From: an uncultured Acidobacteriota bacterium
GTDB lineage: Bacteria; Acidobacteriota; Vicinamibacteria; Vicinamibacterales; CAVVIG01
Length of the DNA: 64,000 bases
Assembly: GCA_963696165.1 (NCBI GenBank)
Contig: CAVOIY010000002.1
Span: 61,613-125,612 of the forward strand
Reading direction: 5' to 3'
The position numbers and the translations under genes were made by a program. Positions within the stretch are counted from its first letter, which is position 1. Each line of letters opens with the position of its first letter. The notes under the pieces are model-generated. The model saw only the letters and a program-made list of their open reading frames with translations, was not told where the DNA came from and ran no database searches. Positions 21,869 through 32,626 of the stretch are shown here, one piece after another.

Positions 21869-23416
21869 CCCGCACTGTTGTTCGACGCGCAGTCGATGGG
21901 ATCGCTCGATCGCCGAGTGGACCGATCGATTGCGCGATTCTGGATATGTGCCCGCGCCTGGTCTGCAGTGGCTCGCCACAAATGCATCGCGGCGTAACCA
22001 CGCCACGGTCGCCACGATCTCGCACGTTGTTCCATTGCGCGTGCCGACAAGGGTGAGCCATCAGGGCCGGCGGCCACACGGCGCAAGACCAGATCGGACG
22101 CGGGAAACGCATCCGGCTCCCCTAACGCCCGCAAGCCAACATATTGCGCAGTCCACTCTCCGATGCCGGGCAGTGCCGTAAGAGCATGCCAGACATGCTC
22201 CGGCGCTGCTTGCCAATCGAGTGTGCCCTCCGCGGCGGCTTTCGCGAGGCTTCGCAGTGCCGCCGCACGAGCTCGTGTCAGTCCCACTTCGCGCAGATCG
22301 GCCACGGCTAACTGCGCTGGGGTGGGAAATAAGTAGGTGAGCGCTGATCGTGAACGGATGGACGACCCGCAACACTGAACCAGGCGCGCCGCGAGCGTGC
22401 GCGCGCCACGAACGCTGATCTGCTGACCGACCACGGCGCGAACGGCACACTCGAATGGATACCCACACGCCGGGTATGCGCAGTCCGGGGCGTCGCCTCA
22501 CCAGAGGTCCAAGCAGCTCGTCGTCGCGGAATGCCGCGCTGATGACCGAAGGATCGGCGGCGACGTCGAACATCCGCCGCGCCGTCGACGAAATCTGCAG
22601 CAGTGAACTCGGCGTGGCCCCTGTCACGCGAAGCTCCAGTGCGTCTTCACCGTGGACCGGGCTGACGTGCACCACGGCAAAGCCCGCATCGGTCGCCACC
22701 GTCCGCATGTAAGCATTTCCGTCCACCAGCTCTATGCCCGGCACCGATCGCGCCGCAAGAAACGCGTGCACATGCTCCCAGTCGTAAGGCGGCCGATACG
22801 TCAGGCGCAACACCATCTCATCTTGATGGCTCACGGGCCGTTCGTGCCGCTGACGTCGAAAATCCCGCGGCGGTCGACGGAAGGACTGGTGAAAGGCGCT
22901 GTTGAAGCGGCGGACGCTGTTGAATCCGGCAGCGAATGCAATGTCGGTGATCGGCAGGTGTGTCTCGTCCAGCAGGCGCTTCGCGAAGTGCAGACGCCGC
23001 GTGTGAGCCATGCTCACCGGCGGCGCTCCCACATGTTGAACGAAAAGGCGGTCCAGATGGCGCGCGCCGAGGCCGAGACGCGCTGCGAGCTCCTCCACCG
23101 AGCGGCGGTCGAGAAAGCCGTCTTCGATCATGCGCAGGGCGCGGCCGACGACCGCCGAGGTGCCCAGCCACGCGGGGGTGCCGGGCGCGGCTTCGGGCCG
23201 GCAGCGAAGACACGGACGAAATCCTGCCGCTGTCGCCGCTGCCGCGGTCGCGAAGTATCTCACGTGCTGGCGCCGCGCGTGCGGCGAAGGACAGATCGGT
23301 CGACAGTAGATCCGGGTCGATGTGACCGCGATAAAAAACTTGCCATCGAACCGCGGGTCGCGACTCATGCGCGCGCGGTCGAGCGCGCGAGCCGTCAGGC
23401 CATGGATATGTTGCAT
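21865..23416 (-). CDS. alkA: Ada-AlkA fusion (Ada Zn finger, AraC HTH, AlkA glycosylase); frameshift near 22460
   Basis: SRDPRFDG..IYCRPIC..GFRPCLRCRP, IAFAAGFNSVRRFN and LPGIGEWTAQY..DAFPASDL motifs. Confidence 0.92.
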
Positions 23417-23424
23417 CTCACTCG

Positions 23425-23582
23425 ACCATAGCGTGGGTTCGCGGACCGGACTAGCCATTTTCAGACATCCTCGTTTGCCGCGAGTTTAGCAGGCGCGTCG
23501 ACCGGAATCGCTGCATCTCGGGTCGCGTCGCGTCGTGAACGTCCGAAAGTGGCGAGTCGCGCACCTTTCAAGGGTTTAAGGT
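23425..23582. promoter_or_regulatory. Divergent promoter pair with twin inverted 19-bp boxes (candidate Ada-activated promoters)
   Basis: Boxes at 23449-23467 (minus) and 23540-23558 (plus) are 15/19 identical; each is followed after exactly 18 nt by TATGGT or TAAGGT. Confidence 0.7.
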
Positions 23583-23616
23583 GCAAATCTCTGTGGACGT
23601 GATGAGGAGATCCCAA

Positions 23617-24906
23617 ATGAAACGCACAGGCACTGGATGGGTGATGGTTGCGGCGGTGGTGCTGGCACTTGGTATGACGCAGCTTTCGGCGCAGCCGAAG
23701 ACGGTTTACAACGTGCTGACTCTTCCCTCACTCGGAGGCGTAGCCGGCCAGGCGAACAGCATCAACGATCGCGGCTGGGCAAGCGGGGTGGCTGATTTCG
23801 CTGGCGACGGTACTGGCCATGCGGCTCTCTGGATGAATTCAACGGAGGTTGTCGATCTCGGCGCGCTTGGTGGCCCTCAGGCCAACAGCGCCGTCGCGTG
23901 GCCGGTAAAAGCCACCAATGGAGTGATCGTCGGTATTTCCGAAACCGCCGATACCCAGCTCGCGAACGACACGTTTTCCTGCTGGCCATTCTTCACGCCA
24001 GGGTCGCCCACCGGAAAAGCCTGCAACGGTTTTCGCTGGCAAAAGGGAAGCATGACGGCACTGCCGCCCTTCCCCGGCGGGTTCAACAGCTACGCCACGG
24101 CTGCGAACAATCGCGGTCAGATTGTGGGCTGGGCTGAAAATGGAACGCCCGACCCGACCTGCACTCCAGGTTTCCAGGTGCTGCAGTTCCGAGCGGTGAT
24201 CTGGCAGCCCGATGGCAGCATGCAGGAATTGCCGCCGCTAGCTGGCGATTCGACCACTGCCGCTGAGGCGATCAACGATCTGGGCCAGGTCGTGGGGATA
24301 TCAGGCGCCTGCGAAGTCGCCGTCGGCGACATGAGCGCGGCGCATGCAGTCATGTGGCAGAACGGTGTTCCGACGGACATCGGCAATCTCGGAGGACATA
24401 GCTGGAACACGCCCACCGCGATTAACAACCATGGCACGGTTGTGGGCTTCGCGCTGCGCGCAGGACAAGACGGCACGCGGAACTTTCAGGCGTTTGTGTG
24501 GACCAGCGCCACCGGCATGAAGGCGCTTCCAATGGCAGCGGACGACATTCGCAGCGAAGCCCTCGGTGTCAATGATAAGGATCAAATCGTCGGTCTGTCG
24601 CGCGGTCCTTCCGGTATCCGTGCAGTGCTGTGGCAGAATGGCGTCTTGACGGAGCTGAACAGCCTCACCGCGGCGGGTTCGCCTTACCTGCTTTACGCTA
24701 ACGACATCAATAACGCGGGCGAAATTGCCGGCGAAGCGTTCGACGGCGCGACAGGTGCGGCCCCGGCATACGTGGCTGTTCCGCAACGGGGGAAATCGTC
24801 ACATGCGGCGCGGCAGAACGCCATGCAAGCGCCTGACTTGTCTTCCGAGCGCTTGGATTGCATAGAGCGTCGCGCGTCGCCGCTCTCGGTTGATCCAAGA
24901 AAGTAA
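23617..24906 (+). CDS. Secreted HAF-family extracellular repeat protein
   Basis: GAGGAG SD; signal peptide; about 7 repeats of A..IN..GQ.VG...A..W..G...DLG.LGG. Confidence 0.88.
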   Translation: MKRTGTGWVMVAAVVLALGMTQLSAQPKTVYNVLTLPSLGGVAGQANSINDRGWASGVADFAGDGTGHAALWMNSTEVVDLGALGGPQANSAVAWPVKATNGVIVGISETADTQLANDTFSCWPFFTPGSPTGKACNGFRWQKGSMTALPPFPGGFNSYATAANNRGQIVGWAENGTPDPTCTPGFQVLQFRAVIWQPDGSMQELPPLAGDSTTAAEAINDLGQVVGISGACEVAVGDMSAAHAVMWQNGVPTDIGNLGGHSWNTPTAINNHGTVVGFALRAGQDGTRNFQAFVWTSATGMKALPMAADDIRSEALGVNDKDQIVGLSRGPSGIRAVLWQNGVLTELNSLTAAGSPYLLYANDINNAGEIAGEAFDGATGAAPAYVAVPQRGKSSHAARQNAMQAPDLSSERLDCIERRASPLSVDPRK

Positions 24907-24970
24907 GTTGCGACGCATGCAGGTCGTCGTCGTGCTCGGCGTTGGAGGACGGCTGGGGACTGGAGGCAGG

Positions 24971-25348
24971 ATGGAGACGAACGTTGCGACGGCGCCCGAC
25001 CTCGACACGCTCCTGGCACTCAACGCCGACTACATCCACGCGGTGCAGACGTCGGACGTTGGCCGATTCGAGGAGATTCTCGCCGACGATTTTCTCTGTA
25101 CGCAATCAGATGGCTCCCTGTTGAATCGTCACGAGTTCTTGCGACACACGGCCGCGCCGGTGAGCATCTCGAACCTCGAAGCGCACGACGTGAACATCAG
25201 GCTGATGGGAGACATCGCGATCGTGCACGCACGAACCACATTCGTCATGTCGGACGGACGGCCCCGCTCGGGGCGATATACGGACGTGTGGGCGCGCCGC
25301 GAAGGCAGATGGGTCGCCGTGTCGGCCCACGTCACGCGACAGGCCTGA
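24971..25348 (+). CDS. NTF2/DUF4440 family protein
   Basis: GGAGG SD; ILADDF, GDIAIVHART and RYTDVWARREGRW motifs. Confidence 0.88.
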   Translation: METNVATAPDLDTLLALNADYIHAVQTSDVGRFEEILADDFLCTQSDGSLLNRHEFLRHTAAPVSISNLEAHDVNIRLMGDIAIVHARTTFVMSDGRPRSGRYTDVWARREGRWVAVSAHVTRQA

Positions 25349-25368
25349 ACCGACATCCGAGACAAGAA

Positions 25369-26287
25369 TCACGACTCGACAGGCTGTAACTCTGTCAGGG
25401 GCTGCGCGTCCGCGACCCGAGCGGATCGCAGCATCGCGACAGCCGCGTATGTGACGACGGCCACCACCAGCCACCGAAGTGCGCCGAGCGGCAGGGATTT
25501 CACGATCAAACCGGCGATGAGAACGGCCGGAATTCCCCCAAGCGCGAGACCCAACGACGCCCTGATGTCGTACCGGCCCGTGTCCATGAACTTGAGGCCG
25601 CCCACCATGATCACGAGGGCACCGGTGCTCATCATGATCGGAAAGGCGGCCCGCGGATCCATTCCGAAGAGGCTCAAGAGCACCAGGCAGGGCCCGTAGT
25701 TTCCGATGCCCAGCATGAGGAGCGCGCCGAGCACGAAGTTCAGCAAGACGGCGAGGACGAGCGCGGGCAGAGGCAGCCCAACGGCCGTCCCTCCACTCGG
25801 GAACCATCCGAGTTGACTCATCGCCATGAACAGGGCGGCCGCCAGAAGCGCGACGCCCATTCCGACTTGGATCGGCGGCCGGGGAAGCCGCGACACAATT
25901 CCAGCGCCGAGCCACCCACCGACGACCGATGCGGCGACCATGGAAAGCAACAGCGTCGAATCGACGCTGACGACTGCGATGAAGATGAGCGCCTGGCCGG
26001 CCGCCGGCAGCGCGTGGCCCACGATCATCGTGCCGGGAATTCGTTCGTCGGGGACCAGTCGCAGCACTTTGTACGCCGTAGTGGTCGTGGCGAACGAGCC
26101 GATGCCCAGCGTGTCGAAAAAATTAGTGACGAAGCCTACCGCGACGTGGACGAACCGCGGAGCTCGCGTCGGCGCCGGACCGTTGTCGTGCAAACGACGC
26201 GTCGCTACGGCCCCGAGCCACCGGACAGCAAAGACGAGGCTCATGGCGGCCAGTACCAATCAGCAGCACGATTCGCGCGTTGAGCAT
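25369..26287 (-). CDS. TauE/SafE-family membrane protein (probable frameshift near the start)
   Basis: Multi-TM; GFVTNFFDTLGIGSFA and LGIGNYGP..AAFPIMM duplicated-half motifs. Confidence 0.8.
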
Positions 26288-26305
26288 TGGAGGTCTTGGC
26301 GCCGA

Positions 26306-26992
26306 CTATACTCGTTTCGTTTGCGCGGGCGAGCCAGAGCCGCTCGAAGCTGTACGATGCTGCAGAGCAACCCACCGGCTGAACGTTCCGGCCAGCGTCC
26401 CGACGAGTGCCGCGTAGGTCAGAGGGACGAGCAGATATACCGAGAGAATCAGGAGCAGGGCCGGATGTTCGAGCAGCGCCGCTGCGAGGCCGGGCGTCAC
26501 GATCGCAGCCGCCGTAAACAGAACACTCAGCCCGACGAAACTGCTTGCCGCTGCCACGAGGACTCCGGTCCTGATGAGGCCAGTTCGCTGAACGCCACGA
26601 TAGGCAGCGACGAAGTAGATCGCCGCATCCAGCAGGGAAACTCCTGGGGTTCCGACGACACTGCCGTACCACAACATGCCGAAGGGGAGCGCGACCCACA
26701 TCGGCAGCGGCTCTTGGTGAGGTGCATGGTGGCCGGGACGGAACACCGTCAATGCGAGGAAAACACCTTGTGCGGCGAGCACCAAGGCGCCAGGCCGAAT
26801 CAGGCGCCAGAGCATGCTGAGGGCTTGCCCGATGTACCACGCGTTCGCGCGCAGTGGGCCGAGCAGAGGACTCCGCACGGCTCGGTCCTCCTCCAGCAGA
26901 TCTCCTGAAATCGATTCCCGATCCGCCGGACGCAGCAACGATCGCAACAGCGCGTCCGCCCATTGTGGTGGGCGAGCTGTCTCATCTTTCAT
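26306..26992 (-). CDS. Membrane protein with permease-prefix-like N-terminus, coupled to PadR
   Basis: PPQWADALLRSLL..RESISGDLLEE followed by about 4 TM segments; ATGA overlap with padR. Confidence 0.75.
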   Translation of the reverse strand: MKDETARPPQWADALLRSLLRPADRESISGDLLEEDRAVRSPLLGPLRANAWYIGQALSMLWRLIRPGALVLAAQGVFLALTVFRPGHHAPHQEPLPMWVALPFGMLWYGSVVGTPGVSLLDAAIYFVAAYRGVQRTGLIRTGVLVAAASSFVGLSVLFTAAAIVTPGLAAALLEHPALLLILSVYLLVPLTYAALVGTLAGTFSRWVALQHRTASSGSGSPAQTKRV

Positions 26993-27318
26993 GCGCGCAC
27001 CTTCAACGGCCAGACGACGCCACGCCACAGCGTTTCGACCGCAGACCTCGCCTCGCTGAGTGCCCGGACGCCCGCGCCAGTTGGCGCAAAGTACCGCCGC
27101 GCGCGACCGCCTCGGAGGGCCGTGCCCGGCGCGAGCTTCGAGGACACGAGTCCTTTCGTCTCCAGTCGCTCGAGCGTGGTGTAGACCGCACCCGCCGAGA
27201 CGTCGCGGTTCAACCGGCGCTGCACTTCGTTCAAGACCGCCCGTCCGTAGGCGTCTTTGCTCAAGTGGATTATTGCCAACAGGACCGCCTGCTCGAAGTG
27301 TCCGATCACGTCAGGCAT
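26989..27318 (-). CDS. PadR family transcriptional regulator
   Basis: GHFEQAVLLAI, AYG, GAVYTTLERLE.KG and RGGRARRYF motifs. Confidence 0.92.
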   Translation of the reverse strand: MPDVIGHFEQAVLLAIIHLSKDAYGRAVLNEVQRRLNRDVSAGAVYTTLERLETKGLVSSKLAPGTALRGGRARRYFAPTGAGVRALSEARSAVETLWRGVVWPLKVRA

Positions 27319-27322
27319 TTAG

Positions 27323-27358
27323 TGCCTACACGGTAGGCATAAACGCAGAATCTGTCAA
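27323..27358 (-). promoter_or_regulatory. PadR operator candidate with TTGACA
   Basis: Perfect palindrome TGCCTAC-ACG-GTAGGCA at 27323-27339; TTGACA on the minus strand at 27353-27358. Confidence 0.65.
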
Positions 27359-27404
27359 GGATATCGTGCGCAACGCGTTCGCGTCCCGAAGCGCTGCTGC
27401 CGTT

Positions 27405-27547
27405 TCACTTGACGCCGATTTCGGGATTCCATGAACCTTGCTTCTTGCGCGAGGTGACCATTTCTCCGATGTGATACGCGTTGTGTCGAGCGATGAGCGC
27501 GATGGTTCGTTGTGCGTTTCGCGCAGCTCCTGCAGAAGAACTGTCAC
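27405..27547 (-). pseudogene. Internally deleted DinB-family remnant divergent from the MocR regulator
   Basis: AAGGAG SD; VLLQELRETHN is joined out of frame to TIALIARHNAYHIGEMVTSRKKQGSWNPEIGVK*, a DinB HxxYHxG C-terminus. Confidence 0.65.
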
Positions 27548-27612
27548 GCTCCTTTACTCACCAACCTGTGTCGTCGAACTGCGAACGTGTTCGAGCACCC
27601 TATGTGAGCAAG

Positions 27613-27632
27613 TGGCCTTCTGAAAAGGGCCA
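27613..27632. promoter_or_regulatory. MocR-type operator candidate
   Basis: TGGCCTT-N6-AGGGCCA imperfect palindrome just upstream of the regulator. Confidence 0.5.
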
Positions 27633-27663
27633 AGTCGCGGTGGCGGCGTAGTACCATTCGTGC

Positions 27664-29185
27664 GTGAGGCCACGAACCGCCGGTGCGTTTCCGCTGTTGC
27701 TGGCGCTCGAACGCGGCGCGCCTCAGCCGCTCGCCGACCAGCTATACGACGCCCTCCGAAAGCGCATCCTCACGGGAAAGATGGCCGCCAGCACACGGCT
27801 GCCATCGACCCGTGTGTTCTCCAAGGAGCTTGGCGTCTCGCGCAACACCGTGCTGAACGCCTTCGAACGTCTCGCGTCTGAAGGGTACATCGAGGGCCGC
27901 GTCGGGGCGGGCACGCGCGTGGCCCGCACGTCGCCCGAAGCGATGACGCATGCGGGGGCCGTCAGCCCACGGCGAACGGCGCGTTCCGCGCGGCGCGGGC
28001 CGTCGGAGCGCGGGACGGCCATCGCGAGGATTCGCACCCGCACATGGTCGGATCGTTTAGGAGACGTTCGGCCATTCCGGCTCGGAGTTGGTGCGCTGTC
28101 GGAATTTCCGGTGAAGATTTGGTCGCGATTGAGCCGGCGGTGGGCGCACGGTGGCGCGTCGGCGATGGATTACGACGAAGTGGCCGGGTACCGGCCGCTG
28201 CGCGAGGCGATTGCCGCGTATCTGCGGAGTGCTCGCGGCGTCACGTGCGACGCGTCTCACATCATCATCGTCCATGGGTCGCAGCAGGCGCTCGACCTGA
28301 CCAGCCGTGTGCTGCTCGATCCGGGCGACGCCGTGTGGTTCGAGGATCCCGGGCTACGACGGCGCCCGCGGTGCGTTCGCCGCGGCCGGCGCGCGCATCG
28401 TCCCTGTGCCGGTCGATGGCGATGGCTTCAACGTCGCGGCAGCGATTGCACGAGACGCGAGCGCGCGGCTCGCCTATGTCACGCCGTCACACCAATTTCC
28501 ATTGGGCGTGACCATGACGCTGTCGCGCCGGCGTGAGCTGCTGCGGTGGGCAGGCGAATCCGGCGCATGGGTGCTCGAGGACGACTACGACAGCGAGTTC
28601 CGATACGTACAAAGGCCGCTGCCCGCGATGCAAGGCCTCGATGCCGACGAGTGCGTGATCTATTCCGGCAGCTTCAGCAAGGTGCTGTTCCCGGCGCTTC
28701 GACTTGGCTACATCGTCGTTCCGCCGGCGGTCCTCGATGCGTTCCTGCGCGTCCGGTTCCTCACCGACGTGCATCCCTCGACGATCACGCAGGCGACGCT
28801 CGCGGATTTCATCGCCGAAGGCCATTTCGAACGGCACCTGCGAAGGATGCGGCTGCTGTATAGCGAGCGCCAGGCGTTTCTTGTCGATAACGCCCGCCGG
28901 CATCTGGCAGGGCTGTTGACGGTGGCACCGTCGGACGGCGGCATGCATCTCGTCGGCTCGCTGCGCGCCGGCATCAGCGACCGGGAGGTCAGCCGCGCGG
29001 CCAGAGCGCGCGGCCTCGCCGTGACGCCACTGTCTTTTTTTGCCGAGCGCCGGCCGCACCCCAACGGACTGCTGCTCGGTTATGCGGGACTGACGTCGGC
29101 TCAAATCCGCACAGGCACGCAGCAGCTCGCCGCAACGCTCGAACCGTTCGTCCGCGCAGCCAGGCGGCGGCCGGCGGAGATCTGA
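27664..29185 (+). CDS. GntR/MocR (PLP-dependent) transcriptional regulator; frameshift near 28350
   Basis: RLPSTR..LGVSRNTV, YVTPSHQFPLG, EDDYDSEFRY and SFSKVLFPALRLGY motifs. Confidence 0.93.
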
Positions 29186-29201
29186 TGCCGCGACTCAGCT
29201 T

Positions 29202-29246
29202 GGATGCGCTCACCCCGAACAGGAGCTCCTTCATCACGCGCGTCAC
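29202..29246 (-). pseudogene. About 45-bp remnant of an ADOP permease C-terminus
   Basis: Encodes VTRVMKELLFGVSAS, identical in protein to the permease at about 32746-32791 but with synonymous differences. Confidence 0.7.
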
Positions 29247-29382
29247 CACAGATCGCCAGCTTGTGCTCGCGGGCGTATTCGCGCCCGAGCTTTTGTTGCA
29301 CCGGAATCGAGAACCGTTCACGTTCCTGGTCCTTCGACGAGACCCGTGAGTCTCCTTCGATCCGTGTGAGATAGGATGCGGT

Positions 29383-30015
29383 GTGCGGCTCGCGATCGAT
29401 CTGGGGTCGGCCTGGCGCTGGAGTGCCGCGTCGGCCGCCTGCGCGTGCGCCGCGGTCGCATTGGGCGCGTGGGTGCTCTGGCCGCCGGCCGTGGGGATTG
29501 CCGATCAGTATCTGACGCTCGCGGCGTTGTGTGCCATCGTCGCCGTGATCGCCATCGTCTTGACGTCGTGGCGCCAGTTCGAGCGGCCGCAGCGCCTCGC
29601 GGCGTTCGTGATGCTCGTGGCAACCGGAATGAGCTGGTATGCCGCGCGCTTGTCGGTCCACGAGCGGCAGTTCGATTATCTGGTCGCCTCGCAGAAAACA
29701 GCGTTGCGGCTGCAGGCGACCCAGCTCTCCGGCGACATCGTCAACTTCCTGCGGCAGCGCGCGTTGAGCGCCCCGCGGCACCCTGCGCCGGCCACTTGGG
29801 ACCGCGACGTGGCCGCCGTGCTGCAGTATGAAGCAGAAGACGTCGAGCTGTTCGACCAGATGTTCGGACCCCAAGTTCGCCGCACGCGCCAGGTGTTCGA
29901 TCTCGAGGGCCTCACGGAGCGCGATCTCGACACCTTCTATCGGCATCCTGCGAACGCCTTTCAGATCAACATCATCGCGCAGAAGCTCGCCGCGCTGGCC
30001 CGCCGTCTCAAGTAA
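29383..30015 (+). CDS. Hypothetical membrane protein (3 TM plus soluble tail)
   Basis: Hydrophobic N-terminal half; high-GC3 frame. Confidence 0.65.
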   Translation: MRLAIDLGSAWRWSAASAACACAAVALGAWVLWPPAVGIADQYLTLAALCAIVAVIAIVLTSWRQFERPQRLAAFVMLVATGMSWYAARLSVHERQFDYLVASQKTALRLQATQLSGDIVNFLRQRALSAPRHPAPATWDRDVAAVLQYEAEDVELFDQMFGPQVRRTRQVFDLEGLTERDLDTFYRHPANAFQINIIAQKLAALARRLK

Positions 30016-30114
30016 ACCTGAGTGAACAACACCTCGTCGTCGTCGTCGGTAACGTCGTGTTGAATGATCCGCGGGGCAGCAACGAGTTGTTGCCGGGTCG
30101 CATTCTGAGCCGTG

Positions 30115-31135
30115 TCACTTTCCGTACGCGTAGCGCATCAGGTCGGCGTCGGCCAGCATCTGTTTGGCCGTTTCGTCGTTGCGCGAACGCTGTTCGAACA
30201 GCCGGCGATGGATCGGTAGTGCATTTGCGCCCGCCCGCATGAACTCCTTGGCCTTCTCCTTATTTCCTTCTTTGTAATACAGCACGGCGAGGGCCGTGTT
30301 CAGCGATTCGAACGGCTGGCGGCGATGGCCGTCCGGGAGGCGCGACAGCGCTGCTTCGGCCAGCGCGATGGCCTCCCGATTCCTACCGCCGCGCCGCAAT
30401 TCGCCCACCCTGTTGAGGTCCAGCGACACCTTGTGGATTCGAAACAGTCGATCGAGTTCAGCCACCGGGTCAGGACTGTCGGCGACGTCGAAGACGACAT
30501 CGTTGACTGGAACGCCGTCCGGCCCATCGCGCATCACTTGCAACGTGGCGAACTGTTTGCCGCGCGCGTCGCCGCCCGCTCGGCTTCCGGCGAGAAGTGC
30601 GGCCATCAACCGGTCCGCGAGCGACTGGCCTGCGGACGCGACGAACGCAGCCTCGACCGCGGGCACCGTATCCGCATTCACTAAAATGTTCCCTTGTGCG
30701 CTGTAGTACGGCCCGCTCCGACTCCCCGCCCACGAGAGCGCCTCATTGCCCGTGAACCCAGCCGATCGGCCTGCCGACATCGACGACCGCGATCTGGCGG
30801 CTCTCGAACTGAGGATCCTCGCGCTTCAGAATGTCGATGACCTCGCTCGCGCCCTTTCCTTCTTTCAACAACTGAACGCCTCGTGCGTAGTTTCGCTGCA
30901 GCAGCGCCGCCTGGCTGACGATGATTCCATGGCCTGGACTGATGCCGGGAGTGAGGATATCGGACGCGTGCTCCGTCCACGTGCTCGATGCGATGGCGAT
31001 ACCGGCCATACCTGTCGCCGGGTCCACCGCAATAATCGAAAACGTGCTCCAGTATGGCGGGTCATCCGCGTGAACGGCAGGCTGGTGGGCGCAGAACGTG
31101 AGGACAAACACGAGCGACAGCAAGCGACGGTTCAT
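30115..31135 (-). CDS. Secreted DUF1028 (Ntn-hydrolase-like) protein with TPR-like tail; frameshift near 30770
   Basis: STFSIIAVDPATG, RQIAVVD, AQGNIL, GGDARGKQ.A and DPVAELDRL motifs. Confidence 0.85.
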
Positions 31136-31213
31136 AACCTCTCCTTGAGGCGCACCTCGCCGAATCTGCGACAACACGCGATGCGAAGCATTGTTAGCGA
31201 TGTCGATCCTCCC

Positions 31214-32380
31214 TCACTTCCACGGATCAAACGTCGGCGCGACCTCCTGCCGGATCACGACGACGGCGTCAAAGTAATCCGACCACGTTTCGGAGACGAA
31301 CTTGCCAAGCAGCCGGGACGAGACGCGGCCGATTGCTCGCAGCTTCTCGGAATCCAGCAGCACCCAGGCTGATTCGCTCGTCGCCGTGGCTTCCAACGAT
31401 TCTGGCGGTGCGTCAGAGATTGGGCTCGCGGGCCGCCCGGCCATTGATGTGTAACCTGCATACGCGGTAAATCCGACGGTGCCGACTCGATCGCCCCATC
31501 GCTCGACGGCCCGCGCACCCAACGGCATCTCTGAGAGAGAGCCGCGTTGCCGCGCGGCATGCACCGTCGCCGTCCAGATCACGACGCGGCTGTTGGCCGG
31601 CAGCCGTTCGAGATACCACACCAGGTTTCGATACATCGATTCGTCACGGCCCAACGTCGCGCCCAGGCGCCGGCGGTCGGCATATCTGGCAAAGCTTTCC
31701 AGCATGACGCGATCCGCCGCGTCGAGTGATCGGTTTGCCGCGGCAGCATCCGCTGCGTTGCGCGCGCACTGTTGCAGCCGCAGCTGTTCTCGTTCATCGA
31801 AAGGGTTCTTGGCGTCATACGTCCAGCCGACGTGACGGCTGACAGTTTGCCGACACTCCGTCGCGGTGCTCTCGGAAGATGCAGCGGCAATCAGCCGGGG
31901 CAGTGCCGCCTCGGCGTAATGAGAGGTGATGCTCACTTGATCGTCGAGTCCTCCCACCACCAGCCGTTGCCGCGTCGCGGCCTCGAACAGCGCGCGGCGC
32001 CACGGCGCCAGCTCGCGCGTCCACCAGAATCGACCGATGGCGTTGTCCAGCTGCTCCGGCGTGGCGGTGCGCGTTTCCGCGGCCCGCTCCAATCCGATGA
32101 AATCGTATATGGGGGCCTCGAACAAAATCGCAGTGAAGCCGCACTGCGCAATCAACCGATCCGCGATTTTCGACTTCGTGTCGAAGGTGTGCGCCTCTCC
32201 ATGGGTCGGCAGCTCACCCAACAGCACGATCTGTTTCTGACAGGCGGCATTGACGACGCCATCGACGATCGACTGCGGGGTGCGTTCCTGCGCGCGCGCA
32301 ACAGTGCCAACCGGCAGCAACGCGACCGATGCAATACACGCGATGAGCAGGCCGTACGCCCGGCGATGACTGCGCTTCAT
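31214..32380 (-). CDS. Secreted erythromycin esterase family protein
   Basis: IVLLGELPTHG, GFTAILFEA, RDESMYRN, VVIWTATVH and YFDAVVVI motifs. Confidence 0.82.
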   Translation of the reverse strand: MKRSHRRAYGLLIACIASVALLPVGTVARAQERTPQSIVDGVVNAACQKQIVLLGELPTHGEAHTFDTKSKIADRLIAQCGFTAILFEAPIYDFIGLERAAETRTATPEQLDNAIGRFWWTRELAPWRRALFEAATRQRLVVGGLDDQVSITSHYAEAALPRLIAAASSESTATECRQTVSRHVGWTYDAKNPFDEREQLRLQQCARNAADAAAANRSLDAADRVMLESFARYADRRRLGATLGRDESMYRNLVWYLERLPANSRVVIWTATVHAARQRGSLSEMPLGARAVERWGDRVGTVGFTAYAGYTSMAGRPASPISDAPPESLEATATSESAWVLLDSEKLRAIGRVSSRLLGKFVSETWSDYFDAVVVIRQEVAPTFDPWK

Positions 32381-32626
32381 GCTTCAGCGGCTCATCATAG
32401 TTTGCTTCCGGCTGAGTCGCGGACTTACCGTTCCGCCAAACTCCGCTTCGCTTCTTTGGCGGAGCAAGGCGTCTCCAGGCCACCGCGCGGCTCTCACCGC
32501 GACTGGCGCCCGACCAGTACACAATTCGTTGTCCGTGTGGCGACCAGCTGGCCTGCGCGGCATAGTGAGTCGCGGCAGGCGGACATTTGGATGCTTACGC
32601 TCAAATGACGGCGCTGTGGCGCGGCG

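Noticed and set aside
31214-32380. Macrolide resistance gene (ere)
   Set aside because: Family motifs only; it is a divergent secreted homolog, and many members lack erythromycin activity
32432-32464. Hairpin TCCGCCAAA..TTTGGCGGA as an intrinsic terminator
   Set aside because: The stem is real but there is no U-tract on the transcribed strand; function cannot be assigned
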